Sequence record: MH494197.1
Strand: one strand, 5' to 3'
Length of the DNA: 64,000 nucleotides
Origin: Escherichia phage CMSTMSU
Position 1 is the first letter of the stretch. The number at the start of each line of letters is the position of its first letter. The notes under the pieces were generated by a model. The model did no database searches, was not told the origin of the DNA, and saw only the letters and a program-made list of their open reading frames with translations. Both the position numbers and the translations under genes were made by a program. Positions 12,832 to 23,742 of this stretch are shown piece by piece.

Positions 12832-13281
12832 CTACAGTGGGTGAATCATTTTTGTCACATCACCTCGTAATTTCTTTTCTAGTGCGATGATACGCTTTAA
12901 TGTCTTAATTGACGGTCGTTTCTTTGTTAGCTCGGCTTTTGCTTCAGTATAATACTTTCGGATATATCCATATGCATAATACTTAGAACCAATAAAAATT
13001 TCAGCAACGGCTGGCTGATAACTCATTTCGTACCCATTAATGTCCACGGGTGATGCATAAAATACAATATTTGTATTACACGAAGAAATTTTAGCAACCA
13101 GTAAGTTAGCTTCAAGTTTATTCAAAATCAACGTAGTGGTTTCTTCTGCCTCGTCACTGTACTGCATAGCTGACATTAGAAGTTGAAAGGACTTGAAGTA
13201 ATTACTACCACTGATTACCGTATTGAAGATTAAGCCCAATGTAATCAGTACTAGTGTACCAAGACATATAAACAAAACCAA
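12832..13281 (-). CDS. membrane-anchored hypothetical protein (N-terminal TM helix)
   Basis: 149 aa; N-terminus LFICLGTLVLITLGLIFNTVI hydrophobic. Confidence 0.45.
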   Translation of the reverse strand: MVLFICLGTLVLITLGLIFNTVISGSNYFKSFQLLMSAMQYSDEAEETTTLILNKLEANLLVAKISSCNTNIVFYASPVDINGYEMSYQPAVAEIFIGSKYYAYGYIRKYYTEAKAELTKKRPSIKTLKRIIALEKKLRGDVTKMIHPL

Positions 13282-13312
13282 TATTCAACACTCATTAATA
13301 TATCCTCAGTTT

Positions 13313-13348
13313 GTATTTTATTAAAAGCCCCATCAACATTGATGAGGC
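13313..13348 (-). terminator. rho-independent terminator
   Basis: Hairpin gccccatcaa/ttgatgaggc followed on minus RNA by UUUUAAUAAAAU. Confidence 0.5.
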
Positions 13349-13358
13349 AGGAAATCAA

Positions 13359-13568
13359 TTACTTACGGTTTGCTTTACGCAGTTCAGAAAGTTCTTCTTG
13401 TAGACTTTTCTTCCATGCAATTAGATGAGCAAAACGGATTGGCCTTGCACCAGTACCGTGAAATACTGCGAGAGCTTCTTCAGCTTGATGAATCTGGAAC
13501 TGAATGTAGTTCACAGTGCGGTCGAAGTCGGTGATATCTAGTACTTGTGCGTTAGTTTCTTTAGCCAT
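13359..13568 (-). CDS. hypothetical protein (69 aa), apparently monocistronic between two terminators
   Basis: ORF from track flanked by hairpin terminators on both sides. Confidence 0.45.
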   Translation of the reverse strand: MAKETNAQVLDITDFDRTVNYIQFQIHQAEEALAVFHGTGARPIRFAHLIAWKKSLQEELSELRKANRK

Positions 13569-13593
13569 TTTAATACCCTTTTATTTCTTTTTA

Positions 13594-13616
13594 TGAAAAA
13601 CCCTCATCATTGAGGA
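13594..13616 (-). terminator. rho-independent terminator
   Basis: Hairpin cctca-tcat-tgagg followed on minus RNA by UUUUUCAUAAAAAG. Confidence 0.45.
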
Positions 13617-13704
13617 ATGGTTTGCATTTTACATCTGCCGATAATATACATTATATCATACTTTTCAGCGTTGTCCCAAAAATTAATTATTTTTAGAACA
13701 AATT

Positions 13705-14037
13705 TCACGACTGGTAACTCTGTTTCGTTTGATTCGGATTCATTATATCCGTTCTTCGTGAGAACGTCAATAACTTTTTAGAATCGATTGTAAATTTATC
13801 AAGTTCAGTATAACGATAATAACCAATGGTCTGACTGAACTCATACTCACGACGCTGACGGCAACATGTTTGTGTTTCTGACATAATTGCATTGATTAGA
13901 TAATAAGATTCAGTACTATCATTGTTTGGTACATAAATCTTACCATCAAAATGAATCACTTCATGCTTATTCATACAGTGAGTTAATCTCCGATTGAAGA
14001 ATTGAAATAATTTCCTTTTGAAGACCTGTAATTTCAC
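13705..14037 (-). CDS. hypothetical protein (110 aa)
   Basis: ORF from track. Confidence 0.45.
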   Translation of the reverse strand: MKLQVFKRKLFQFFNRRLTHCMNKHEVIHFDGKIYVPNNDSTESYYLINAIMSETQTCCRQRREYEFSQTIGYYRYTELDKFTIDSKKLLTFSRRTDIMNPNQTKQSYQS

Positions 14038-14234
14038 TGTTCAGTGAGGATAAACGTTTGGTCAATGCCATAAACTGTTTAGCGTCTTCTTTGGAACGGT
14101 CGTTACGAACTTTATCGGAACTCCAGTTAGCGTATGATTGCTCATCTTTTTGTTAAGAATGTCCCAGTCCAAACGGACTAGTTTTCGTTCTTTCTTAAGT
14201 TCGCTTAGGCGAGATTTCATTTCTTCTTTAGTCA

Positions 14235-14441
14235 TTACAAGGTTCCTTTCATAAAGTCAGGGATAACGATTACGATAGAAGGATTATACTCCACATATCC
14301 ATTCTTTGTCAATAGACTTTTGATATCAGAAATAACATTATCATGTTGTTCCATATCTTTATCGCAGTGAATTTCCAATTCTTTTAGGAAAGGTTGTTTA
14401 ACTGAAATTGATTGGGTCAGTGTTTGAATACGCTGCATCAT
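14235..14441 (-). CDS. hypothetical protein (68 aa)
   Basis: ORF from track. Confidence 0.4.
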   Translation of the reverse strand: MMQRIQTLTQSISVKQPFLKELEIHCDKDMEQHDNVISDIKSLLTKNGYVEYNPSIVIVIPDFMKGTL

Positions 14442-14649
14442 ATCAATTGGATCAGACTGAACTCATTACCAACATAAAGTGTGCCAGATGCATCCTTTTC
14501 AAGTAAGACTTCTAAAATTTTCATTTTGTACCCTTTAATGTACCAAAATTACGTAGAGTAAATCCGGAACTGGGAAATATACATCACAGTCAATGTCAGG
14601 ATTAATTGTCACTACCTCATTACACATTATATCACGAATCCACTTCCGT

Positions 14650-14997
14650 CTACGATTTTTGCATTAAATCGTTCCATTCTTTTCGTTCAATAACATATGT
14701 GTTAATCAAACACAAGTCATGACCACGTTTCGAAATATAACCAAGTACTACATCATTGTGGACAACACGTATAGTAACTTTTCCAATTCGAGTTCCTCGT
14801 ACTGCATTAGTACTAGTATCGTCGTAAATCAGTTCTATCCTAAGTGAACCATTAGATATAAGAGTTGTGGTATATTTTGAAACCATATTCTCAATTTCTT
14901 GAGTTAAATCGTCTCGGTTAAGGTACTCAAACACCGAATATGTCAACTCATTTGCATCCAAATATTGGACTGTTGGAAGCTGGGCAACCATATCCAA
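14650..14997 (-). CDS. hypothetical protein (115 aa)
   Basis: ORF from track. Confidence 0.45.
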   Translation of the reverse strand: MDMVAQLPTVQYLDANELTYSVFEYLNRDDLTQEIENMVSKYTTTLISNGSLRIELIYDDTSTNAVRGTRIGKVTIRVVHNDVVLGYISKRGHDLCLINTYVIERKEWNDLMQKS

Positions 14998-15061
14998 AGA
15001 TACAGGTTCTATGTATATTTTTCAATATCAGATGTTTTGACGAATAGATACCCTTCTAGCG

Positions 15062-15352
15062 TCATTGAACTAACAATTTCCGCATAATAAGAGTACAGAT
15101 AAAAACATTCGTCTCATTCGAATCAGTTTCTACCCAAACCTCTGGCTGTTTCATCTCATATTGTTGTAGAATTCGTTGTGTAAACCCAATGTAAAATCCA
15201 AGATTAACATCGGATTGAGTTTCAAATGGATTAAACATCAAATATGGATATTTGTCAAGATACTCATTGAACTTACGCTGGGTATCTCTATCACAATCAA
15301 TGATGTACTTTCGGAATTCAGAAATAATTACTTTTTCCAATGACATAATCAA
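15062..15352 (-). CDS. hypothetical protein (96 aa)
   Basis: ORF from track. Confidence 0.45.
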   Translation of the reverse strand: MIMSLEKVIISEFRKYIIDCDRDTQRKFNEYLDKYPYLMFNPFETQSDVNLGFYIGFTQRILQQYEMKQPEVWVETDSNETNVFICTLIMRKLLVQ

Positions 15353-15546
15353 TCCTCACGATGCATATAGTACATAAACATCGCCAACCATATGCAGAAT
15401 CCCACGCAACGAAGAAACAGATCAACTGTTGGGTCTGTACCACCATTAACTTGGTAAACGATTACTGGGATTAAAGAAATAGCAATAGACACTGTACATA
15501 AGATGAATGCAACAAACACCTCAAACATAAACTTAATCGTTTCCAT
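15349..15546 (-). CDS. small membrane protein (two TM helices)
   Basis: 65 aa with two hydrophobic segments; 4 nt overlap with downstream ORF. Confidence 0.45.
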   Translation of the reverse strand: METIKFMFEVFVAFILCTVSIAISLIPVIVYQVNGGTDPTVDLFLRCVGFCIWLAMFMYYMHRED

Positions 15547-16117
15547 TATTATCCTTCAATGTGTAGTGTAGTACATCTAAAAAGTTATACATTGATTCAT
15601 TACGCATAACCTTGATTGTTAAATTACCACAACCCAACATACGTTTGAGGCGACGCTTCACAGCAGTTAAATCATGAGAACTATTTGTGTACAGACCATT
15701 AACCTGTCCGAACAGTAGGAACATGAAGAATGTAATCATAATTCATTAGTAAGCGTTGATTATATTTCTTTAATGCTTGCTTGTATTCTGAAATATTTTC
15801 AAAGAATGTACAATAACGGTCATAACGATTCATTTTATTCAAAATTGAAATACGAAAAGCGTTACCACTATTCCAATCATCTTCAGTTGGGTTTGGGTTG
15901 ATATGTGCCATGTTAGCTGTACTATACCCACCACTTGTGAAAACTTCAGAATATCCATTCTCAAAACATACAATGTTGCTTTGTGTCCTCGGAATTCTTT
16001 ACGGTACTTTGACAGAACTTGAATGTGATTACGCTTGGACTTGTACATTTCGTAACCTTCATAATCGCCACTGAATTCACAAATTTTATCAACACCAGCC
16101 ATTTCGTATATCCTCAT
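15533..16117 (-). CDS. hypothetical protein(s), frame-interrupted region
   Basis: Three overlapping ORF fragments at 15533-15739, 15699-15911 and 15839-16117 in different frames. Confidence 0.3.
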
Positions 16118-16633
16118 TTGATTAATATAGGAGTATTATACATACTCCATTTTCATGTGTCAAGCTTTATAATACGGAAGACTTTTCACTAAAGATTCTG
16201 ACGTATTATTTTTACCCATGTACTACCGTTGTCATTGGATACATATCCAATACCATTAACAAACTTACGCATAATACCAGTAAAAATATTAGTATACACC
16301 ATTACTCAGTATCCTTTGGTTTAGAATGTAAACCATACTTTTCATCATAACGATCATAGGTAGTGCCATTAGTACTAGTTTTGATGCTTTCGGTGCGATT
16401 GATTGGTTCGATTTTGACACCACGATAACCAATCTCTTCTTTAAATTGTTCCCATGATTCACGTAGACTCATTTTAGTCCCTTTTTGTTATTTCATACAC
16501 TCACGTAGGTCAATCTTTTCAACTGAACCACCGAGTACTAGATAGTGAAAATTAGAATCTTTGTTTGCCATATTCAAAAGATCTGCTTTCTGTTGAAGCG
16601 TAAAGCGTGAAGTACTGTTACGTACTGGCATAG

Positions 16634-16828
16634 TTACTCCTTAAAGTAGATATCACGAATTTGCTTAATCATCTCTAACTCTTGAAGTCCTATCATACCA
16701 AAGTTTTCTTGTACTGTCAACTGTTGGAAGTACATTTCCTCTAAATTATTATAAGGAATATCCACTAATGATAAAGGTACTCGTTCTTCACTGAATGCCA
16801 GATCTTCAACTAAATGTTTTATAATCAT
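16634..16828 (-). CDS. hypothetical protein, acidic-FQ motif family member (LEEMYFQQLTV)
   Basis: ORF 64 aa with conserved motif. Confidence 0.45.
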   Translation of the reverse strand: MIIKHLVEDLAFSEERVPLSLVDIPYNNLEEMYFQQLTVQENFGMIGLQELEMIKQIRDIYFKE

Positions 16829-17156
16829 AACAGTAAATGAATCTTTTGTATATGAAATTTGTAAAACGTTTGGTTAGTAGTGAACATTGTGTTTGATGGA
16901 TGGAAACCCATTTCAACAAATACTGTATCTTTATCATTATGTGTGCAATATGTACATCTTGAATTCGCAAGAACTTTAGATTTTGGGTAATAAAATCACC
17001 CAGCAACTTCTGTCGTTTCCAGTCCTCATATACAACTGGATGCTTAACCTTCTTCAAACGGTGCAGTACTGTCATAGTTTTTCCAGTCCAATGAATCGAA
17101 ATCGATTTGTTCAGGGTTATCAACAGCGACAACTCGTGCATTATGAAGAGTTTCAA
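16806..17156 (-). CDS. hypothetical protein (116 aa)
   Basis: ORF from track. Confidence 0.4.
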   Translation of the reverse strand: MKLFIMHELSLLITLNKSISIHWTGKTMTVLHRLKKVKHPVVYEDWKRQKLLGDFITQNLKFLRIQDVHIAHIMIKIQYLLKWVSIHQTQCSLLTKRFTNFIYKRFIYCYDYKTFS

Positions 17157-17207
17157 AGTAGCCGTTCCACGGTGTTCGTAATGGAACTGTCACATCGCCA
17201 ACTTTAA

Positions 17208-17453
17208 CTAAGAATGAATATTCTGGTGATATTGGGTCAAACCACTCTTTTGTTTAGCATTTTCGACGATGGTTTCGTGTTCTTTTGTATAGCAATTATC
17301 TTGCTTCATATAAAACACCCAATGCTCTTTTAGGCACTGTAAAGCAGCAACTGCTTCCTCTTTAGAAGACCATTGAATATCAATTGTATTAAGAACGTCA
17401 TAACAATTTTCAGTATCACCTGTAGTGTAATGTACTTCAATGCAGTATTTCAT
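17208..17453 (-). CDS. hypothetical protein (81 aa)
   Basis: ORF from track. Confidence 0.45.
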   Translation of the reverse strand: MKYCIEVHYTTGDTENCYDVLNTIDIQWSSKEEAVAALQCLKEHWVFYMKQDNCYTKEHETIVENAKQKSGLTQYHQNIHS

Positions 17454-17487
17454 TATTCAACACCTTTTAGTAATTTACAAATTTCAA

Positions 17488-17907
17488 TCATATGATAATA
17501 ACATGTATTCCAAAATTGCCCAGTAGTACTACCAACATCATGCACAGTACTTTGTTGGAAAACATATTCATCATTGAACAACTTTTAATGTCATCAATGT
17601 AAAATTCTGGTTTTGAATCATTATTGTATTCAATACTCGTTTCACCATCTGGATCAAGTGAAATTGATGATATGTCGTGAATTCCTATCGGATTTGTTGG
17701 ATAAATTCTCAACGTAAGAGGATAGAAGTCTGGATCGGTTTCATATGTATATTCGATTATGTAATTACCATCTCCAGTGATTGAGTTATATTTAAATGTA
17801 GGTTCAAATACATTATGGATATTATAGCCTAGTTTATTCATCTCGTTAAGATGTAATAATATTTTATGTAAAGTCCCTAATACATGAATCAAATTATCAA
17901 TTTTCAT
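17488..17907 (-). CDS. hypothetical protein (139 aa)
   Basis: ORF from track. Confidence 0.45.
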   Translation of the reverse strand: MKIDNLIHVLGTLHKILLHLNEMNKLGYNIHNVFEPTFKYNSITGDGNYIIEYTYETDPDFYPLTLRIYPTNPIGIHDISSISLDPDGETSIEYNNDSKPEFYIDDIKSCSMMNMFSNKVLCMMLVVLLGNFGIHVIII

Positions 17908-18007
17908 TTACGATCCTTTGAAAAGTTCAGTTTAAAAGTTTTACCAAATTCCATTGTAGCTTTACCCAGATTGTTAATATTTTCTTTCAACATTTCTTGC
18001 ATCTTTC

Positions 18008-18205
18008 TCACACTTTCATTCCGGCTTCTTCTTCTTTGCGGAGGATTGGTCGCAATCGTTCCTGAATATCGTTGAAACGTGTATTGAGTTCAACCAATGA
18101 TTCATATGTGAAATCTTTCATGTCGATGATAGTACTTCGTTGAAAGAATTCTTCTTCGGATAAATTACTTAAAATGATTTTATCACTACCAATAGATAAT
18201 GTCAA
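18008..18205 (-). CDS. hypothetical protein, acidic-FQ motif family member (SEEEFFQRSTI)
   Basis: ORF 65 aa with conserved motif. Confidence 0.45.
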   Translation of the reverse strand: MTLSIGSDKIILSNLSEEEFFQRSTIIDMKDFTYESLVELNTRFNDIQERLRPILRKEEEAGMKV

Positions 18206-18481
18206 TTCATCATCTTGATTTTTTTAATTACAATACGTACAGGTGATTTTATAGTAATGTGAACATCATGATTATTAAAAGTTTCAGTTTTGTTTGACGT
18301 TCTGAATTGTAGTCTTCCGGTTAGTGCGTGTACTGGCATTGGGTTCTTTTACCAGTAATAACATCTTCCCACGAATCAAGGATATTATTAATAATTTTAA
18401 CATAAGGAACTGTCATATATGCACCTATGAAAAATCCACGCATAGCGTGGATCTGTAATTAATCGAGTATAGTAACTTCAA

Positions 18482-18935
18482 TCAAACGAATTTCGATGAA
18501 TTCGTTTTCAGTTTCCATGATGAACCTAATTTCTTATTAAGTTCAGTTTTAACATCACTTTTAAATTTTCCCATAGTATTAGGAATAATTTGTTTGGTTA
18601 GTTTATCGTAACCACAATAAAACATAGGTTTCTCCCTTCGAGATATTAGCTGAACAAAATCCTTTGGATATGCAGGTATATTATGCATCACTTCATGAAT
18701 GCACTCAGTACTTGAATCTTGTACTTTGTACATTACATTAAGTTTACCTTTGAAAGTGCCAATCATATCAACAATAATACCTTTACCGGATTTAAGTAAA
18801 GTTCCATTCTTTGTATGAGAACAATAGAATACCTCATCACCAATATTAGGATAGTACAAATTAAATTCTAATTCTTCCTTTGATGACTGACGTTGAAATT
18901 TCATTACACGTTCAGTATAGGTGGGGTAGTTCTTC
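18482..18935 (-). CDS. hypothetical protein (about 150 aa)
   Basis: Track ORF 18482-18988 trimmed to internal Met because the methyltransferase C-terminus occupies another frame to 18940. Confidence 0.4.
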
Positions 18936-18939
18936 ATGT

Positions 18940-19797
18940 TCAAAAGAATATCTCTCTTAGTAAGTGTGATATAACTGGCATAGTCCATCCATTCCCAAGC
19001 ATTTTGTATGCTTGTGTCTTACTAGACACTTTAAAGAAATCTACAGGAATACCCTGTAATTTACAACATTCTACTACACTTAAGTGTCTATAGTCAATAT
19101 TTCTTTTACCATTCTCCAATAGATATTGACGATTAATCGTTGGTCACGAAACACCAACTGTCGTCTTGATTTATTAAAGTACTGGTTACAATCACCACCC
19201 TTAAAATAGTTAGCATCTATACAGTACGAAGCGGTTCTGTCAGTGTACCAACCATCTTCAATGATATCTTGAAGTTTAGGGCATTTGATAATGCAGGTGG
19301 TATAAAAAGCTTATCAGTACTGCACCAGTAGTATCTCTGCCTGAAGTGAGGCGTATAATGCTGGGAATTTATCAGTACTGGTGTGATTCCTAAAATACTA
19401 TTAATGTATTCTTTGAAATCTTCCTTCATTTTAACATTCTCGAACAGAAATTGCAAGTTTGGATTTACACTTTTGATGTGCTCAAAAATATCAACCATAA
19501 CCAAAAATAACTGTCCACGTATATCATTCAAGCCACCTTGCTTACCAGCAACAGACCGAGCTTGACATGGGAATCCTCCCATGAGTAAATCTATCTTATC
19601 CCACTCAATATTCCATTCTTTCCACTTAGTCACATCACCTAACTGGATAATATCAGGAAAATTCTCGGAAGATTCAGCAATTGCGTACTTGTCAATTTCA
19701 GATGAGTAATATTTTTCAACTGGAATACCTGCATCTGCCAATGCCATATATCCAACGCTCATTCCATTAAAAGTGACAGTACTCTGATAGGTTTCAT
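18940..19797 (-). CDS. DNA (cytosine-5)-methyltransferase, orphan; at least 3 frameshifts
   Basis: Manual three-frame reading: N-term MKPIRVLSLF-NGMSVG (motif I), GGFPCQ (catalytic PCQ), ENV (motif VI), ECCKLQGIPVDFF and GNGWTMPV (motifs IX/X). Confidence 0.75.
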
Positions 19798-19849
19798 ATA
19801 AAATCCTTTTATATTGTTAAGGTACTATAATACATTATAGCATCTTATT

Positions 19850-20436
19850 TAGAAATCTTCCAGACTTTTTCATCGCACCATCGAGAAGTACAGATGATCG
19901 CAGATGCAAGAATTGAAGCACTGGCTCGACCACCACCAAGTAAGTACTGGCTAATGACACCAATCATATTGAAGACTTTATCATACTCAGCAAGGAGTTC
20001 AAAATCCTTCTTCCAACATTGATATTCTTCTTCAGTAACATTAAACTCATCACCAAGTTCATTTAAAATCTTTTAAGTACTGCACGATGTTCACTCATCT
20101 GATTCCCCATATCGTTCGTCGTAAAAATCATCATCACGGTCCAATGGTTCTTTTGGTTTTCTGCCATATATTTCCTCACATGGTAAATGTATTATCACCA
20201 TCCATATCTTCATCTGTAGCTTCAGCTAAGGTCTTAATCGTTAGCAATTCACGCTTCACGTACAACATGAAGACCTTTTCATAATTACCGAACATCATCT
20301 CAGGTGACATGTAATTCTCCGTTACAATGACGATTGGACGGCCCTGTGACAGCATACGAAACATAGTACGGTATTTGTCAAAGGTGCGAAATTCATCCAT
20401 GTTCATCATGTGGCGTTTACGAACTACTTTAGTCAT
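19850..20436 (-). CDS. hypothetical protein (frame-interrupted)
   Basis: ORF 20176-20436 continues downstream in other frames. Confidence 0.35.
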
Positions 20437-20450
20437 TTTGATACCTTTAG

Positions 20451-20711
20451 TTAATTGAACTCGATTTCTGGATAATGATTATAGAACATCTCACGTACTG
20501 CGTCAAGCTGTTCTTTAAATTTCTCAATGTCATCAAGAGTTAGTACAGTGTTACTAACTGTACTCAACTGAAAAAGTGCCTCTTCAGTACTGTTTTCTGA
20601 TAAATCAAATGTACATGATGAATCATCTGTTATAATATTATCACATATTTCAAATGTGTCAATATGAACATCATTGAGTAGATCACCACTATAATCATTA
20701 TATATGAACAC
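20451..20711 (-). CDS. hypothetical protein, acidic-FQ motif family member (TEEALFQLSTV)
   Basis: ORF 86 aa with conserved motif. Confidence 0.5.
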   Translation of the reverse strand: MFIYNDYSGDLLNDVHIDTFEICDNIITDDSSCTFDLSENSTEEALFQLSTVSNTVLTLDDIEKFKEQLDAVREMFYNHYPEIEFN

Positions 20712-20907
20712 AAAAATGTATGATGGTTTTTATCTCAGTTTCTGACTCATAGGCTACCAAATCATATGTTACGTAACATTTAAAGTCAGGTGAATCGTAT
20801 TCCATAGATACAATTCCTATATCACGATATTGATTCGCTTCACTGATTAAATCCGGTATAGGTGTAATACTAAGTAAATGGAAAAACTGTCCGGATTTAG
20901 CATTTGA

Positions 20908-21351
20908 TTACCTTCGGTTTTGCTCTGTGATATCAAACATAGATAGAACGAAATCATTTAGCTTTTCAACACAATTGATTATAGTGCTTAAATCAGAATA
21001 ACTAACTGTTAAATTTTTAACAAGAGATTCCTGAAAGTATCCTTCTTCAGTTGAGCAATAACTCACATTTGAGATAGTCTCATAATGTATATCTTTGCTT
21101 GTTTTACATGTTATAATTTCTATTATATCCGATGTTGTGTTATATAATAATATAAATGTTGTTGTTCGTGAATTCTTATTGTAAAATGCGAGTTCAGTGC
21201 TGTCATATGTTTTCTCAATAAGAACATTGTACTCTTCCGAAAACGATGTGGAAATTCTAATTATCTCTTCTGGATCAGGAACATAAGAGCCATCAAATTT
21301 ACAAGACAATGCAATTTCAAAATGATTTTTTATTTCATCAATTTTCATCAT
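20908..21351 (-). CDS. hypothetical protein, acidic-FQ motif family member (TEEGYFQESLV)
   Basis: ORF 147 aa with conserved motif. Confidence 0.5.
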   Translation of the reverse strand: MMKIDEIKNHFEIALSCKFDGSYVPDPEEIIRISTSFSEEYNVLIEKTYDSTELAFYNKNSRTTTFILLYNTTSDIIEIITCKTSKDIHYETISNVSYCSTEEGYFQESLVKNLTVSYSDLSTIINCVEKLNDFVLSMFDITEQNRR

Positions 21352-21382
21352 AGCTCACCATTTAATTTGCTATTTACATATT

Positions 21383-21742
21383 CTAATGCTTTTTAACAAT
21401 GCCAATTTCGGTAACTCCTATTACATTTTTCTCGATTAACGACAATTGAAATAGTTCATCTTCCTCAATATCAATACTATGGGTTCTTGACCAATAATCG
21501 TTGAAGTCATATGCATATCGTATTGTATTTTCTTTAATATCAAGTACCAATATAACCATACCATCGTGTAGGTATGTCAGTGTTTTTCCGTATATATTAA
21601 AAATTAACCTATCTGGTGTACCCAATGGAAGATGAATTATATTTTGTGTAGTTCCAACAATAACAAAATCATTATCTATATTTTTATTCAAGTCACCTAG
21701 AATGTCATATATAGTAGTCATGTTAATCTTGACCCTCAGCAT
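21383..21742 (-). CDS. hypothetical protein, acidic-FQ motif family member (EEDELFQLSLI)
   Basis: ORF 119 aa with conserved motif. Confidence 0.5.
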   Translation of the reverse strand: MLRVKINMTTIYDILGDLNKNIDNDFVIVGTTQNIIHLPLGTPDRLIFNIYGKTLTYLHDGMVILVLDIKENTIRYAYDFNDYWSRTHSIDIEEDELFQLSLIEKNVIGVTEIGIVKKH

Positions 21743-21757
21743 TTCTGATGATTCGCA

Positions 21758-21988
21758 TTACTTCTCTGGATACGTTGTATACTTTTTATAGTACTCAAAT
21801 GTAACTGAACCAAAATCATTAACAGTACTATCCATGAAGAACGATTCTTCGGTGCAATACACACCAGTAATTGAAACATGCTCTTGATGGAATTTAGCAT
21901 CTTTCCAGTAACGGAATTCGAAAATAAATTGACCGTCATGACCGACCCTACAACACTCAGCACGGTCACTGTCTACGCAGCAAATCAC
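21758..21988 (-). CDS. hypothetical protein, family variant (TEESFFMDSTV)
   Basis: ORF 76 aa; motif matches 1978-2406 variant. Confidence 0.45.
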   Translation of the reverse strand: MICCVDSDRAECCRVGHDGQFIFEFRYWKDAKFHQEHVSITGVYCTEESFFMDSTVNDFGSVTFEYYKKYTTYPEK

Positions 21989-22138
21989 AATATCCCTTTC
22001 GAGTCATACCAGATATTTCCAATATTTGTTTCAATAACTGCATAATCAATTTTTGTAGAATTGGGAATTACACCTTTTTGCCAGTACTAGACTGGTATTA
22101 TCAATATCCAGTAAACTTACCATATCAACTCCCCACTA

Positions 22139-22534
22139 TTACTGTGTTTTAATTTCTAACAATTCACTATACATCTTCTTCAATTGTACAATATCTTCAT
22201 ATAAAATACCACCCATATCATCAATCAAAGAACGTTGGAATAGTGATTCATCTGACTGTATCGTGTCCAAATCAGAAATTTTCAATACTGTAACTGGGTT
22301 TAGGGTGTTTACAATAAGTTTGTTTGTGTATGGTATGTATGTGATCTTGATATTCATTTCCGAATCAAGGGCATACAACCTCAAAACAGACAAATCACCA
22401 CAAAGTTGGATTTTTGGTTCATCAAACTCATCAGACCACCACATAGTACTAGTCATATAATTGACGTGTTGGTTCAAATGTGATATATCCAAATCGAAAT
22501 AATATTTTAGTTCATTGTGTAAATCTAAACTCAT
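22139..22534 (-). CDS. hypothetical protein, acidic-FQ motif family member (SDESLFQRSLI)
   Basis: ORF 131 aa with conserved motif. Confidence 0.5.
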   Translation of the reverse strand: MSLDLHNELKYYFDLDISHLNQHVNYMTSTMWWSDEFDEPKIQLCGDLSVLRLYALDSEMNIKITYIPYTNKLIVNTLNPVTVLKISDLDTIQSDESLFQRSLIDDMGGILYEDIVQLKKMYSELLEIKTQ

Positions 22535-22589
22535 AAATTTATCCTCTATGCATCATTATCTTACAGTGTAGGATAAACCCACGATAATG

Positions 22590-22838
22590 TCAAGATGTGA
22601 ATTGCTTATACCAGTGATACAGTTCTTTCAATTCTTCAGTACTGAATAGAACATCTTCAATCGTTGTTTGTTGGAAGTGGTAATCTTCGTTTAAGTACAT
22701 TGAAATATTTTTATATACTTTTCGATTACATTTCCCAAGAAATGATGTTCTTTTGGATGTATATTCAATAAATGTTAACTTATCTAATTCTACATCCAAT
22801 GACAATTTCATACAGTATTCAGTATCATCTACGTACAT
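22590..22838 (-). CDS. hypothetical protein, family-like (EDVLFSTEEL)
   Basis: ORF 82 aa. Confidence 0.45.
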   Translation of the reverse strand: MYVDDTEYCMKLSLDVELDKLTFIEYTSKRTSFLGKCNRKVYKNISMYLNEDYHFQQTTIEDVLFSTEELKELYHWYKQFTS

Positions 22839-23002
22839 AAGTTTATTTGAATAACAATCAACTGTGATATATTCTTTATGTGAGAATTGGTATATACCAT
22901 TAAATTTTTACCATTTGTACTTCTGAATTTTTCAAGGTAATAAGAGAGTGGTTTAGATATTGTACTACCAATAGTATTATTCATAGAACCTCAAAATTTA
23001 GA

Positions 23003-23030
23003 CAAGAAAAATGCCCCGAAGGTCGGGGCA
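23003..23030 (-). terminator. rho-independent terminator (strong GC hairpin)
   Basis: Hairpin tgccccga-agg-tcggggca followed on minus RNA by UUUUUCUUGUC. Confidence 0.6.
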
Positions 23031-23139
23031 GTACGAAAAAGATTTTGTACAAAAAGGGAATAATACAATAAAATAATAACGCATCATTATTATGTAAGGG
23101 AGGAAAGTAACATGATAATGTTAACCATTACTGGTATAA

Positions 23140-23687
23140 TTATTTATCATTTAATTCTTTTAATTGAGCTTGTATATCACCAGAAAGTTTACGGATTTTC
23201 TTGAAACAGTAAACACTATCATCAAGTTCAAGTTCTAGGCCGTGTGTGATTGCATAAAGCATTTCAGCAAGTACTAGATCCTGACGCATCCAGTTACCAT
23301 TCTTATAGGTTGTCATTACACAATAAGGACAGTGGCTGTTTCCGGTTTGTTTACCGAACACAGATTGGATTGTATCATGCTTGAAACCCACAAAGATTGG
23401 TTGATCTTGTTGATTTCAGCTACTACGTCCATTTGTGCACCAGTGTTGATTGCAAACACTTGGTCACCGTTCTCGGTTTTGTTAATGTTTAGTTCAATAT
23501 CACTACCAAGTTTACGAACAGCCAATGTATAAAGTAGGATTTCATACATATCATAATTGGTTGTTTCGCCATTTGGTGCAGTTACATCGAGACTAACACC
23601 ATGCATTTTAACTTCAGTACTGAATCCATCTTTATCTGCTAGAAAATCAGTGATTTGTTCAGTTAGGATTTTAATTTGGTCAATCAT
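23140..23687 (-). CDS. hypothetical protein with Cys-rich HCPYC segment (one frameshift)
   Basis: Fragments 23316-23687 and 23140-23391 are contiguous in different frames. Confidence 0.4.
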
Positions 23688-23703
23688 TATTCATATCCTT
23701 ATG

Positions 23704-23729
23704 TTGGAAAAGCCCCCATTACGGAGGCT
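23704..23729 (-). terminator. rho-independent terminator (imperfect hairpin)
   Basis: agccccc-attac-ggaggct followed on minus RNA by UUUUCC. Confidence 0.4.
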
Positions 23730-23742
23730 TTTGTTAATCTAA

